A stretch of 64,000 nucleotides of DNA from NCBI GenBank assembly GCA_964016885.1, contig OZ024743.1, positions 213,094,001-213,158,000 on the forward strand, read 5' to 3'. Each line of letters opens with the position of its first letter. Positions within the stretch are counted from its first letter, which is position 1. The notes under the pieces were generated by a model. The model did no database searches. It was not told the DNA's origin and saw nothing but the letters and a program-made list of their open reading frames with translations. The stretch is from Eledone cirrhosa. Lineage: Eukaryota. The position numbers were made by a program, and so were the translations under genes. Of this stretch, positions 26,198 through 39,244 are shown piece after piece.

Positions 26198-26342
26198 ATG
26201 CAAACATATATATATAAATAAATGCATATATATATATATGTGTGTATGTGTGTGTGTGTGTGAGTATACATATGTCTATATCTATACACACACACAAACA
26301 TATATATATGTACACACGCACACATATATATATATATATACA

Positions 26343-26424
<82 letters not shown>

Positions 26425-26759
26425 AAGATAGTGCGATAGAATGATAAAGAATAAACGAGTTAATCAGAAGCTAAGATCATGCGAATCTATGAGAAGAGGC
26501 AAAGATCACGCCAACCTGCCACATTTTCAGAGAGAAGTTCGTCTGTTTAGTTCTGATTAGTTTCTCCACGCTATCAACCTTCATTATAAGACTCAAGTTG
26601 TTATTGTTTACATATCATTAACTTTCATAACAGGACTGATATATATATATTACAGAACATTTGTTGTTATTTCTTTCTACACCATTTTCTGCTCGTATGT
26701 CATCCTTCAGAGAAGTTTATCTATTAGTTCATGTATGTATGTATATTTATGTATGTATG

Positions 26760-27057
26760 TTTTCTGGTTTTATAATTTCACAAATATTTGCCAATAGAGA
26801 GAGAGAGAGAGAGTGGGTTTCTAACATAGTTACAAGACTCTCTCATTGGAATTTAAACAACAACAACTAGATAGATATGTACGCATGTCTGTAGGCATGC
26901 ATGTGTAGATATGGATGTTATTGTATGTGTGGATATGTATGTTTGAGTTATATGTGTGCATGTGTATATGCTTTGTATCTGTACCAGTGTATATGCAGTT
27001 ATTAGATGCAGAATCTTGTACTTGTAATTCCGTAACTAGTCGTGTTCTTTCTATTTC
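26760..27057 (-). mobile_element. R4/Dong family A 3' end fragment
   Basis: Homologous to 2075-2480; (TATG)n on both sides. Confidence 0.8.
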
Positions 27058-27146
27058 TATGTATGTATGTATGTATGTATGTATGTATGTATGTATGTAT
27101 GTATGTATGTATGTATGTATGTATGTATGTATGTATGTATGTGTGT

Positions 27147-27751
27147 CAGGTCACCAGTTGGTGCTACTGGTAACATGTATTCCAGTACAACCTGTCCCAT
27201 GGTCGGGTCGTTGGCGACTAAACTGGCAATCCTACCAAGGTTTCTTGGTGAGGAGGGTGACTTTGAACATCCTGCACGACTAAAAACAAAACCTGTCAAA
27301 GGGAAAAGGAGCTCTTAAGCGTCAATGGCCATCCAAAATCACCGGGAGAGATGACCCCTTAGCCTTTGTCAAGGCAGAATTCTAGGAGAAGGAAAACTCT
27401 GATATAACACCTGCAACCCTGATGGTATCCAATGATGTTGACTTGTTCTTCTTTTTAGTAAATATCATCTTGGTTAAGAGAGTGGGACTGGCTTTGTGCA
27501 GTGCCTTTGCTCACTATAAAAGCTTCACAGCACAGGCATTGCTTTATATCTGGAGATCTCTCTGCACTTGTCATCACATGGTACCATGGGCCCTGCACTA
27601 TGTGTCAATAATGGTCACAAGTGTAGTCTTTGTACCAGAGTTTTCAAGTCGCTGGCTGGACTAAAGTCCCATTCGTTCAGCGCATCGGTAGGGGTTCTCC
27701 TACATGGATATAAAGTAGTGGCCGTACTCGAAAACGAGTTGGCAGCCACCA
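27147..27751 (+). mobile_element. Non-autonomous RTE-derived element, copy 2
   Basis: Reverse complement of 19495-20092; (TATG)n on both sides. Confidence 0.8.
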
Positions 27752-28232
27752 TGTATGTATGTATGTATGTATGTATGTATGTATGTATGTATGTATGTAT
27801 GTATGTATGTATGTATCCTAAACGGACGTTAGTCCGTTTAGTAATATTGTTGTGGTCGTGTTTTTGTTGGCAATCGTCTGTTTACGACAGTACAGCGCGG
27901 CTCTACTTTATTTAACTGAGATAAAACTTATATGAGCATGAACAGTAGATCATTACGCATCTTTTGGCTTAAAAATCTAGAAATTTGGTCCAGCGGGAAA
28001 AAGTTTATAATCAAAGTTTGCTGATAAATCTTGTGTCCAAGTGAGTGAGTAGTAAGCGTGACGCTAGGGGAGGTAATCCAGAAATGACGTAGCTTTGTCA
28101 TTAAGCCAGTTGCCTCAACTAGATTGCAATTATACTCAAAAGAACTTTAAAATGTCAATCACTTGTCAGTAATTCACTATGATCATTTAATTATTAGATA
28201 GTTGTTGCTTGCATTGCCTTAAAAAATAGTAG

Positions 28233-29707
28233 ACCAGATAGAAAAATGCGTACAGCAAAAAAAAGTAATATTGTTGGAATATAAACCTTTAAAAATACAG
28301 GACAAGAAACTAAAATAAAACTTTAAAAGAATAGGACAAGAAACTAAGATAAAACTTAAAAAGAATAGGACAAGAAACTAAGATAAAACTTTAAAGAATT
28401 GGACAAGAAATAAAAAAATTTACAATAATATTAGTGGCAAAATTTTTTTATTCGTTTCCTGTGCTATGCCCCAGTATCTTCTTGATTAGTGCATAATAAT
28501 TGTCATGCTCTCATTGTGCGTTGCCCCTGAGCGGTTGGTTCTGGTTGGGATTGGTTGGCTGAGCAGTTCTGCTCCGTCAGAATGACCATTGCAAGAAGAA
28601 TTAGCCGATGCAGCTGCAGGTCTCCTCCAAGAATGCACTTCTAGTCCCGTAACACCAGACGAAGATGGAGAAGACGACCGGGACAAGATGTCGATTCTGA
28701 CCACCGACTACGGCACCTCCCTCAACCACCGGTCCTCCCTCCCTCTGTCCCGTCATCCCTCCAGTCCTCCTGCTCCCCCTTCCTGTACCAGAAAGCTGTG
28801 GCACGCATTCATCTGGACTGCCGGACTTGAACTCAAGGACAAGATGCAAGGAGAAGATGGACGAGTTGGTCAAGATCAAGGATGAGTGGGACGACAAGAC
28901 CGTCCGCTGCTGCTCAAGATCTGTGCTCATGGGCCCATGGGTCCATTCACATTATGCATGACACATGAGGCCATAACCATACCCCTATTTCATCATTCGG
29001 CGACACGCCTCATGTGTCATGCATAATGTGAATGGACCCATGGGCCCATGAGCACAGATCTTGAGCAGCAGCGGACGGTCTTGTCGTCCCGCTCATCCTT
29101 GATCTTGACCAACCCGTCTATCTTCTCCTTGCATCTTGTCCTTGAGTTCAAGTCCGGCAGTCCAGATGAATGCGTGCCACAGCTTTCTAGTACAGGAAGG
29201 GGGAGCAGGAGGAGTGGAGAGATGACGGGACAGAGGGAGGACCGGTGGTTGAGGGAGGTGCCGTAGTCGGTGGTCAGAGTCGACATCTTGTCCCGGTCGT
29301 CTTCTCCATCTTCGTCTGGTGTTGCGGGACCAGAAGTGCATTCTTGGAGGAGACCTGCAGCTGCATCGGCCAATTCTTCTTGCAATGGTCATTCTGACCG
29401 AGCAGAACTGCTCAGCCAACCAACCCCAACCAGAACCAACCGCTCAGGGCCAACGCACAATGAGAGCATGACAATTATTATGCACTAATCAAGAAGATAC
29501 TGGGGCATAGCACAGGAAACGAATAAAATAATTTTGCCACTAATATTATTGTAAAATTTTTTATTTCTTGTCCAATTCTTTAAAGTTTTATCTTAGTTTC
29601 TTGTCCTATTCTTTTAAAGTTTTATTTTAGTTTCTTGTCCTGTATTTTTGTCCTTATATATTCCAACAATATTACTTTTTTTTGCTGTACGCATTTTTCT
29701 ATCTGGT
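28233..29707. repeat. Large palindrome / foldback-like element (arms 28233-28971 and 29007-29707, 35-nt spacer)
   Basis: The arms are reverse complements with scattered mismatches; 34-bp subterminal tandem repeats (GGACAAGAAACTAAGATAAAACTT..AAGAATA) occur in both. Confidence 0.95.
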
Positions 29708-30269
29708 GTATGTATGTATGCATGTATGTATGTATGTGCTTCTGGTTTTATAATTTCACAAATTTTTACCAATTTCACAAATTTGTACATGTATGTATGT
29801 ATATTCATACTACTGTACGTCTGTATACATATATGTATGTACGTATACATACTTATATTTAAGTATCAGCCGTACTAAGAGTGAGAAATGAAATCTCATT
29901 TTTTCCATTTATCGTTTGCGGTACGCCCGGCCGACTAACTCACTCGATATGCAAATTAGGCTGCTCAGCCGTTACTATGCATAAGGAAACTATATAATTT
30001 CAAACGTTCAATCGACTGACAGGAATGTATACGGTGCTGATGACAGCTAATAAGCTAGAAGCTAGTTCATCGTTCCTTTGTCAGTGTTGAACAAAAGGGC
30101 AACGATGGTTGCCGAACAACACTGTACGGCTAATAATTCGGGCTGTTTGTTTACAAACAAACCGAGCATTATAATAAATGTTCGGTACATATATATATAT
30201 GTGTACATGTATGTATGTCTATATATACTACTGTACATCTGTATACATATATGTATGTACGTATACATA

Positions 30270-30313
<44 letters not shown>

Positions 30314-30755
30314 TAAACATATATATGTGTGTGTATGTGTATGTGTATGTGTGTATATAAATGTATATGTGTGTGTGTGTGCGTTTCAGTATATCTTTGT
30401 AAAATCTGCTATTATAAAATATAATAATGTCTGGAACCAGTAAATGTATAAAAGTAAACGAATGCATTATGTATGCAATTGTATTTACTATTAGAGAATT
30501 TGGTATATTATTGTAGAAGATTTGAGCATCAATGAAATAGTCTTTTATTGTATTCAAAATCTATTCTCACTGCTGGATTTTCCATTAATTAATCTAAGCA
30601 AAGACTGTAAAAAACATTCGGAATTCGAAACGTGATAACTGTATACAATCTTTATGGTATTTCGTTCATTTTATTTTAAAACAATGTTAGGAAGGAACCT
30701 ACTCAAATGATCTAAGGTTTAGTCTAGACATGGGTGAACTTTTCGTGCAGTAGGC

Positions 30756-33700
30756 CAGTGGTCGCCAACATGGGTTCCGTAAAACAAACTCCGGGTTCCT
30801 TAAAAAAATAAATATTTACATTACCATTAATATTTTGGGTTTTCTGAAAAAGGTGCAAAGAAAATGCCAAATGTGCAATGTATAAATGAACGAGTACTAT
30901 TGTAGTGTACACAGGTTCTCCACTCCAATTCTTGGAAAGACATAGTTTTCTGAATTCTGAGGATTTGACTACTACTGATAATACACTAATTGAACTTAGA
31001 AATTGACCAATCACGAACAAGTAAATGTTGGTCGATGACAGCATAACTTTAAACTGAAAACTTCAGTTCAGCGAGGTCTCTCAGCCGAGAGACAGGGTCA
31101 GTTCGCTGTTCTCACAACGTAAGTTCAGTAGAATGTTTTCAATAGAGAACACATTTTAATCTGCTGTCCTCACAAAAGCTTTAAAGTCGCCCAAAGTTTC
31201 CTCACAGAGTGAACTCGCTTACTAGTCGTTTTCAACATGCATCCAGTTCCACAGACAATTCTAAATAAGAACACGTTACATTCTGTTGTACTTTGTACAG
31301 AAAATATAACGCCTGTAAAGTTTCGACTACTAACAAAGGTAATTTTGCATTCCATGCATACACTATAAACTTTGCCACACAATTATGTATTCATTTGATG
31401 ACATCTGCATTCACAATTGAGAAATTACTTCATACAATAAATATGACTAAACTTTATTTGTTCCAATCTAATATATGTTTAACGCAGCCTAAAGCCTTCT
31501 TATATTATATCTAACTTTGAGTCAAAATAGATAGAAGATATCTGAATTAATTTCCAATACCATCGTCACATCTTCTACACTATCAGCTGATTTGCATTTT
31601 TTGCACCTTTTAGTATGGCGGATATTTAAATATATTTACATTACCAATAATATTTAATACGACCCTAAAGTAGTATATGCAGGAAGTGCTGGACTCTGAA
31701 AAAAATTTCTTCTAGTTGTTTATAAATTTGTACCCTTTTCAGTAAGCCCTAATATTTTAATATTATTATAAGACTTTAAATAATATGTTTGCCATCCTAA
31801 AATGGAGAAATTTCAATTTTTAAAAATTAAATTTTTTTTTTAACTAGTTAAGTTTTTCCAAATATCTAAAATTAAAGTTAATTTAAGTACTTTTTGTAAT
31901 TAAAAAAAACTGTTAATTTCTCTTGTTTATTAATGTCATATTAAAAAGTTTAATTGTAGATAAATAACATTGATATGATGTCTACTGCAAAGAGGCTGAA
32001 GTTAGATACCAGCAGTAAGGTTAGACAGTGGTATGATGATTATGTTAGATATGGATTTCAAAAAGCTGACACTAAAAAAGATACACCAGATCAGCCCATG
32101 TGTTTGCTATGTTCAAAAGTTCTATCAAATAGCTGTTTAAATCCTGCAAAACTTAAAAGACACCTTGATACTAACCACACCAATGATAAAAACAAGTCAC
32201 TTTACTTCGCTGAAAAACAACATCAAAAAATCACAAGCTAATATGTATGACTTGTTTTGTAAAAAGTCAGATAGAAATAAAGCTTTAACAAGAACATCTT
32301 TTTAGATTTCACATTTGATTGGTAAAAACAAGAAACCATTTACATTAGGAGAACAGTTAATTCTACCAAGTATAAAAATTGCTACAGAGAATCTTTTTGA
32401 AAGATGCAGTATTAAGGACAAAGAAATATTAAGCCAGTTACCATTGTCAGCAAATACCGTAAAAAGAAGGATAATTGATATTTCTTCTGATATAGAAAAT
32501 CAGATACTAACTGCACTAAAGAAAAGCACATGTTTTGGTCTGCAAGTGGACGAAACTACGGATATTAATAACAAGGCTCAATTAATTTGCTATGTACGGT
32601 TTGTAGACCTTGATAAAAAAGAATTAGTAGAAGAGTATTTGTTTTGTCTGGTATTAGACATCACAACTAAAGGTCAAGATATATTCAATAAAATTGAAGA
32701 GTATTTTTTTAAAAATGGTGTATCTTGGAGCAAGTTGACTTCAATAACAACAGATGGAGCAGCTGCAATGACTGGTAACAATTCTGGTTTGATTGCAAAA
32801 ATTAAAGAATAGACCCCAAATTGTATTACAAATCATTGTATGATTCATCGAGAGGTTTTGTGTTAACAAAAATTCAAAGACAGAGATGCTCAAATATTAA
32901 ATGACCAGCTGAAAGACATTGTCAAAATTATCAATTTGATCCATGCAAGAGCAAAAAATTCTAGAATGTTTGAATCTATTTGTGAATCTTCTGGAAGTAA
33001 TTATAATAGATTGTTATTCAACAATGATGTGCGTTGGCTGTCTTTTGGGGATGCTATGAAGAGAGTTTTTGAACTGAGAGAAGAAATAATAGTTTTTCTA
33101 AAAAAACAGAATGATGAAAGAGCAAGTGTATTAGAAACCAATGAATGGAATGTGCAACTCGCTTATTTAGTAGACATTTTTGGTGAACTGAACAAACTAA
33201 ATAAGTGTCTTCAGGGTAACAATGCAGATATTTTTACTTCAATCAATTTTATTACGTATTTTCAATCAAAATTAAACATCTTTATAAAAAGAATTGAATC
33301 GGACAATTACTCATTACTTTCAAACCTTGAAATAGAGCTTAAAAAGAGAGAAGATTTTGACTCCAGCAATCTAAAGAAGATTATTCTTTCTCATTTAAAT
33401 GTGCTTTCCACAAGTTTTTCAGATTATTTTGACTTGATGGAAAAAGATAATGTTAGCGGAAATTTATGGATAAAAAACCTGTTCACCGAGATCGAGCAGT
33501 TAGTGTCAGAAAATGACGCTGGAAATTGTAAAAATTTATTACCTGCACAATGCTTACATCAGTTGATGGATTTGAATTCAAACGAAGACCTGAAAGTGAT
33601 ATTCGAAAGCAGAAAGAAAGAACTATGGATCGACTTATTCTTGATTGGTGAGGTTAATAAAATCAGCCAACTTGCATTGAAATATTTGGCTTTATTCCCA

Positions 33701-33995
33701 TCTAGCTCCTTGTGCGAAAAAGGGTTTTCGCAGTTGGTAGAAATCTGCACAAAGAAGAGGAATAAACTGTCAGCAATTGACGAGTTTTATGAGACTGGCA
33801 TTAACTAGTGTTGAACCTCGATTTTCTAAACTCACTGATGAGGCGCAGCAGCAGAAAAGCCACTAGTTAATTGTGTTCGATTACATATACACGCATGAAA
33901 CACTTTTTTTTGAAAAGTTTTGTATTGTATAGGTTCCGTGAAGAATTCAAAATATTTAGAGGGTTCCTCGGTTTTAGAAAGGTTGGCGACCACTG
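30756..33995 (+). mobile_element. Full-length decayed hAT (Buster/Charlie-type) DNA transposon
   Basis: TIRs CAGTGGTCGCCAAC / GTTGGCGACCACTG; perfect 8-bp TSD CAGTAGGC (30748-30755, 33996-34003). Confidence 0.96.
31975..33866 (+). pseudogene. hAT transposase with frameshifts and stops
   Basis: BED-type finger CLLC..PAKLKRHLDTNH, then QVDETTDI, TTDGAAAM, HCMIHRE, VRWLS and LCEKGFS..KKRNKL. Confidence 0.95.
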
Positions 33996-34149
33996 CAGTA
34001 GGCCATATGAGATATGACTCATCATACAGCAGGCCACAGTACTAACATTTTGAAATTTTGAAATTAGGTGTGCCATCTAGAAAGCCGAAGCGGTTTGCGG
34101 TTCGGAGTTTGTCCATGACAAGTTTAGTCCATTTAGCTAAAATTTCATA

Positions 34150-34341
34150 CGAGGGTCGACTGAAAAGTTCATAGGCTGAATACGAAGGAGTGATGCTAAT
34201 GCTGTGAAATATTGCATGCATTCATTTCAACTCTTCTTATTAATAACTGTATTGTTTCTTTCCAAGGACTATGTTGAAAAATAAACCTCATTTGGCCATT
34301 CCATGAGCGTATCGGCCTATGAACTTTTCAGCCGACCCTCG
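34150..34341. mobile_element. Tc1/mariner-type MITE
   Basis: TA|CGAGGGTCGACTGAAAAGTTCATAGGC ... GCCTATGAACTTTTCAGCCGACCCTCG|TA; relatives at 51835-52032 and 61961-62164. Confidence 0.9.
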
Positions 34342-34421
34342 TATATGTAGAAATATCATATCTGCAGCAGCTTCAAAATGGTGAGTTTGTGTAGTTTATT
34401 TTGGATTCCCTCTCCAGACTC

Positions 34422-34605
34422 TGGATTGGCAGTATCGGTAGAGGGTCGGACACGATGCTTTGGCACATAGAGTTACGGCCCTTGCCATTCTGAGTTCAAA
34501 TCCTGCCGAGGTTAACTTTGCCTTTCATCCTTACGGGGTCGATAAAATAAAGTACCAGTAATGCACTGGGTAATTGCTGGCCTTGTGCCAAAAGTAGAAA
34601 CAATT
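34422..34605 (+). mobile_element. Short SINE subfamily copy
   Basis: Close match to 5388-5578. Confidence 0.9.
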
Positions 34606-34984
34606 AATTATAGTTGTAGTTTCTAACTGGCATGGCTTGTGTATTTATGCCTGCAATCTTATTATTGAAAATATAGGTAAACGTTATGTGTGCAGCTCGA
34701 ATTATCGAACTTATTAGGCGCCGGTATCTGGGTGATACGAAGTTTGAGTCTTCGTAGCGCTCGCTGACAAACTTTTTCATCTCTAAGGGTTTTTACCCGA
34801 TTTGTATCGGCTATTTTATAGCAACTGACTGTAATTACAGTTATTTTCTGCGCCTGACCTTCCTACATCTTTTCATAAATTTATTTCCTAGGCGATTAAC
34901 AAGTTCGAAAATTCTAGCTTCACTCACAACTTTTGTTTACATTTTCAAAAGCTATTTGATTCAATTTCATAATTTCGATGGTAA

Positions 34985-35165
34985 GGTCCCTTAGCTCAAT
35001 GGTGAGAGCACCTAGCCGGTATCTAGGGGCCACGGAGTTCGATTCTTCGGAGAAACAGCTGGCAACATTTTTTCCATCTCTAAATGTCTTTACCGATTTT
35101 TATAGACTATTTTATAGCAACTCACTGTATTTGCAGTTATTTTCTGCGCTGGAGTTCACCTACAC
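34985..35165 (+). mobile_element. tRNA-headed SINE-like repeat (diverged second copy about 34690-34870)
   Basis: D arm GCTC/GAGC, anticodon stem CCTAG/CTAGG with GGT in the loop, T arm CGGAG-TTCGATT-CTTCG; the acceptor stem does not pair; both copies share the body CTATTTTATAGCAACT.ACTGTA.TT.CAGTTATTTTCTGCGC. Confidence 0.65.
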
Positions 35166-35193
35166 ATTTTTATATATATTTATATATATATAC

Positions 35194-35314
<121 letters not shown>

Positions 35315-36425
35315 GGAACAAGTAGGACCCCGATGGCTGAGCTCAAGCCGTTTCGACGGCTAATTCTGAACTAAATGCATTTTGTGGAAGGTAGGGGTAG
35401 CTGAACTTGCCAGTATAAGAAAGAGGGAGAGGGAGTGGAAGAAATCCAGTCAAGCGTTGAAAGTGACAACTACAGCAGATTCTAAGGATAGAAGGTCGAA
35501 AAAAGTATACTAGAGAAGGCGAGGGGGGAGGAAGTCGAAACAATAAGTAAATCTATATGGGGTAAATATATAGAAAAATATAAAAAATATAAAAAAAACA
35601 ATTTCTGGTTACTATTCCCCTTCCACAATCATCAAATCTCTCACTGGCCCTGCTAAGCTATAGAAAAGTTTAATAGGTGGGACGGAATACTAAATACGAG
35701 ATTGTAGTGAAATAATTTTATGAGTTAGTTGTAATCGGCCAAATCTATCTTACAATGACAGGTCAACAAGTAGGGGGCCAAAATACTAAAAAAAACTAAT
35801 ACGAAATAATAATTCAGAGTCTCGAAACTAATACGGAATATTAATTCAGAATCCCGAAACATGAATACTAATACGATATATATAAGTACTGCTACAATAC
35901 ATAAATTTTAATACAAACTACATAAATACTCATACAATAAATATAAAAACTAATACAATATATATAAATACTGTTACAATACATACATTCTAATCCAATC
36001 TACATAAATGCTCGTACAATATATATGAAAAACTAATACGAAAAATTAATTCAGACCCCCCCCCCCCCCCCCAAAAAAAAATACTGATATACGAGAAACT
36101 AAAGCAGAAATACCACTAAGAAATCTAGAAATCACGGAAATGGGGCAGCAATCAGAGAAGAAAGCAAGTATCTGGGGTCTAGCACATCTGCTATAAAAAG
36201 CGGAATCGGCCAATTCTATCATAGAATAAGGGGGTGGGGATGGGGGTACTGAGGCTACAGAGGACCGAAGGGGTGGGCGAGAAGGTGAAAAGAACGACGA
36301 CAAAGAAGGAGATCTGGGATAGAAGGACTAGGAAGGGATGGGGGGAAGAAGGAAATATAGAGGAAACGATAAAAAATATATAAGAAAATATATACAAAAG
36401 TTACGTCTACCTTTGTAAGCAGGGG

Positions 36426-37612
36426 TTACCCATTACAAAGTCGGCAAGTGGGATGTTTCAGCCCTTGTCTAACCCCCCCCCCCCCCTCGGGGTCAATATA
36501 GGGTTTGAGGGCGAGGTAAGTCCTACGCAATCTGTGTTTGCATGCAGTTACCAGTTCGTCTTTCTTGTTTAGGAGTTGGTCCGTCGAAAACAGCATTTGT
36601 AATGTTTCCTCCGAGCATAAGTTACAGGGACGGCGTCCTCCCGTGTAAGAGTTGGCTCTGGACAGTAAGCTCCAAGTGAGATTATAGGTTATATTGTTAT
36701 CTTTGAGGTCCCAGATGTGACCCGAAAGTGTAGTGGCGTGACGCCGGGCCGGGTTTCGGAAAGTATGTCTGTGTTGGTATAGCTGGGTCTTGAAGTCACA
36801 AGCGGTTAATCCTATATAAGCTTTGTTGGCGGTGTCCGTCCTCACGTTGCACTGGTAGATCACATTACGATCACTGCATCTGTTGTCGAGGGGGCTAAGG
36901 ATCCATCAGGACAGTTACACCTCCTGGTCGGTTCTCCACTGCTATCTAGGTTATTTCTTCCATAGGGGTTGAGTTTTTTGTTGTTAGAGGAGAGGATGAT
37001 TTGTGCAAAGTTAGGTGTGGTGCTGTAGGAGAGTTTGATGTTATTTTTGTTGATTATGTTGTGGTAGCGGTGTTGTAGTGGGAGGTGTTTTTCGATAAGC
37101 CTAAAGAAGATTTTCCCGATAGGTGTTGTCACCTAGGCGTTGTGGGGAGGATTGAACCATGTTACGTTGCGTGAGCGGCGCTGTCGCCTGCTGGTTCTGC
37201 TAATGGAAGCTGGACAATAGGATATTTCCTCCCGGAAGCCACTCCGCTTGAGGGCCTGGTTGTAATAAGGCGCATGTTCTTCGAATATCTGTTCATTAGC
37301 GGAAAAACGAGATATGCGGAGGGAGATGTTTTTAACCAGGTTATTGGTGATGTTTCTAGGATGGTTCGACCGGCGGTGGATGTAGTGCAGGTTGTCGTTT
37401 GGTTTCCTATATGGGTAGTACAGATCGTTATCGAGGTCAAGGGTAACGTCCAGGAAGTTTACTCGGGTTAGGGACGTTTGTATGGTTATTTTAAATTCCC
37501 AGTCGCGGAAGAAGCTGATTAATTGTTTACGGACCCGGTCTGTACTACTGGGGTTGTACCCTTTAAGGGTAAGGAGCCCATCATCACGGTACAAAGAAAG
37601 ACGAACTGGTAA
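36426..37612 (-). pseudogene. Penelope RT (C-terminal half) + GIY-YIG endonuclease, disrupted
   Basis: LYRDDGL, VNFLDVTL, PYRKPN, YIHRRSNHP, TWFNPP, IKLSYS; then IYQ...AYIGLT...HRHTF...CNLCSEE. Confidence 0.95.
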
Positions 37613-38868
37613 CTGCATGCAAACACAGATTGCGTAGGACTTACCTCGCCCTCAAACCCCATAATCGCCCGGGGGGGGGGGTATACAAGGGCTGAAACAC
37701 CCCATTTGCCGACTTTGTAATGGGTAACCTCTTCTTACAAATGTAGACGTAACTTTTTTGTATGGATTTTCATATATATTTTTCATCGTTTCCTCTATAT
37801 TTCCTTCTTCCCCACCCCTTCCTAGTCCTTCCACCGCAGTTCTCCTTCTTTGTCGTCGTTCTTTTCACATTCTCGACCACCCCGAAACAGCCCTTCGTCC
37901 TCTGTAGCCTCAGTACCCCCACCCCACCCCCTTATTCTATGATAGAATTGCCGATTCCGCTTTTTATAGCAGATGTGCTAGACCCCAGATACTTGCTTTC
38001 TTCTCTGATTGCTGCCCCATTTCCGTGATTTCTAGATTTCTTAGTGGTATTTCTGCTTTAGTTAATCGTATATCAGTATTTTTCTTGGGGGGCGGGGGGA
38101 TTCTGAATTATTTTTCGTATTAATTTTTCATATATATTGTACCAGCATTTATGTAGATTGGATTAGAATTTATGTATTGTAGCAGTATTTATATATATTG
38201 TATTAGTTTTTTTATATTTATTGTATGAGTATTTATGTGTAGTTTGTATTAGAATGTATGTATTGTAGCAGTACTTATATATATCGTATTAGTATTCATG
38301 TTTCGGGATTCTGAATTAATATTTCGTATTAGTTTCGGGACTCTGAATTATTATTTCGTATTAGTTTTTTTTAGTATTTTGGCCCCCTACTTGTTGAGCT
38401 GTCATTGTAAGATTGATTTGGCCGATTACTACTAACTCATAAAATTATTTCACTACAATCTCGTATTTAGTATTCTGTCCCACCTATTAAACTTTTCTAT
38501 AGCTTAGCAGGGCCAGTGAGAGATTTGATGATTGTGGAAGGGGAATAGTAACCAGAAATTGTTTTTTAAATATTTTTTATATTTTTTATATTTTTCTATA
38601 TATTTACCCCATATAGATTTACTTATTGTTTCGACTTCCTCCCCCCTCGCCTTCTCTAGTATACTTTTTTCGACCTTCTATCCTTAGAATCTGTTGTAGT
38701 TGTCACTTTCAACGCTCGACTGGGTTTCCTCCACTCCATCTCCTCTTTCTTATACTGGCAAGTTCAGCTACCCCTACCTTCCACAAAATGCCATGATAGA
38801 ATCATGTGTCTCAACAACAAACTTTTGACCAATCCTTGTGACAATCACTTTTACCATATATGGAATTA

Positions 38869-38963
38869 ACCCCTGAGAAGTTCGGCTATTCATGTACCAG
38901 GATAAACATTTTCATTTAGTTCAGAATTAGCCGTCGAAACGGCTTGAGCTCAGCCGTCGGGGT
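38869..38963 (+). ncRNA. Atypical or degenerate hammerhead ribozyme in the Penelope pseudo-LTR
   Basis: CCC-CTGAGA..CGGCTA/TAGCCG..GAAAC-GGC-TTGAGCTCA-GCC-GTC-GGG; the core deviates from CUGANGA. Confidence 0.55.
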
Positions 38964-39018
38964 CCTACTTGTTCCTATTACCCACTCTACTACCCTAAGT
39001 ATTGAGTACCTTGGTGCG

Positions 39019-39162
<144 letters not shown>

Positions 39163-39244
39163 GTTATTCCGGGTTGAATCGGAGGTAACCACAGTAAGTA
39201 AGGTACTCAATACATAGCAGAGTATAACAAATTTAATATAGATG

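Larger units (their letters stand above)
30725..34121. mobile_element. Old ~150 bp hAT MITE split by the inner hAT insertion
   Basis: 8-bp TSD GTTTAGTC at 30717-30724 and 34122-34129; imperfect TIRs TAGACATGGGTGAACT / AGTTTGTCCATGACAA. Confidence 0.75.

Noticed and set aside
29870-30180. Unique CpG-containing stretch with an octamer ATGCAAAT (about 29949) as a promoter
   Set aside because: A single short motif is expected by chance, and no adjacent snRNA or exon was recognised.
34985-35056. Functional tRNA-Thr(GGT)
   Set aside because: The acceptor stem does not pair and the sequence continues into a body shared with a second copy, so it is treated as a SINE head.
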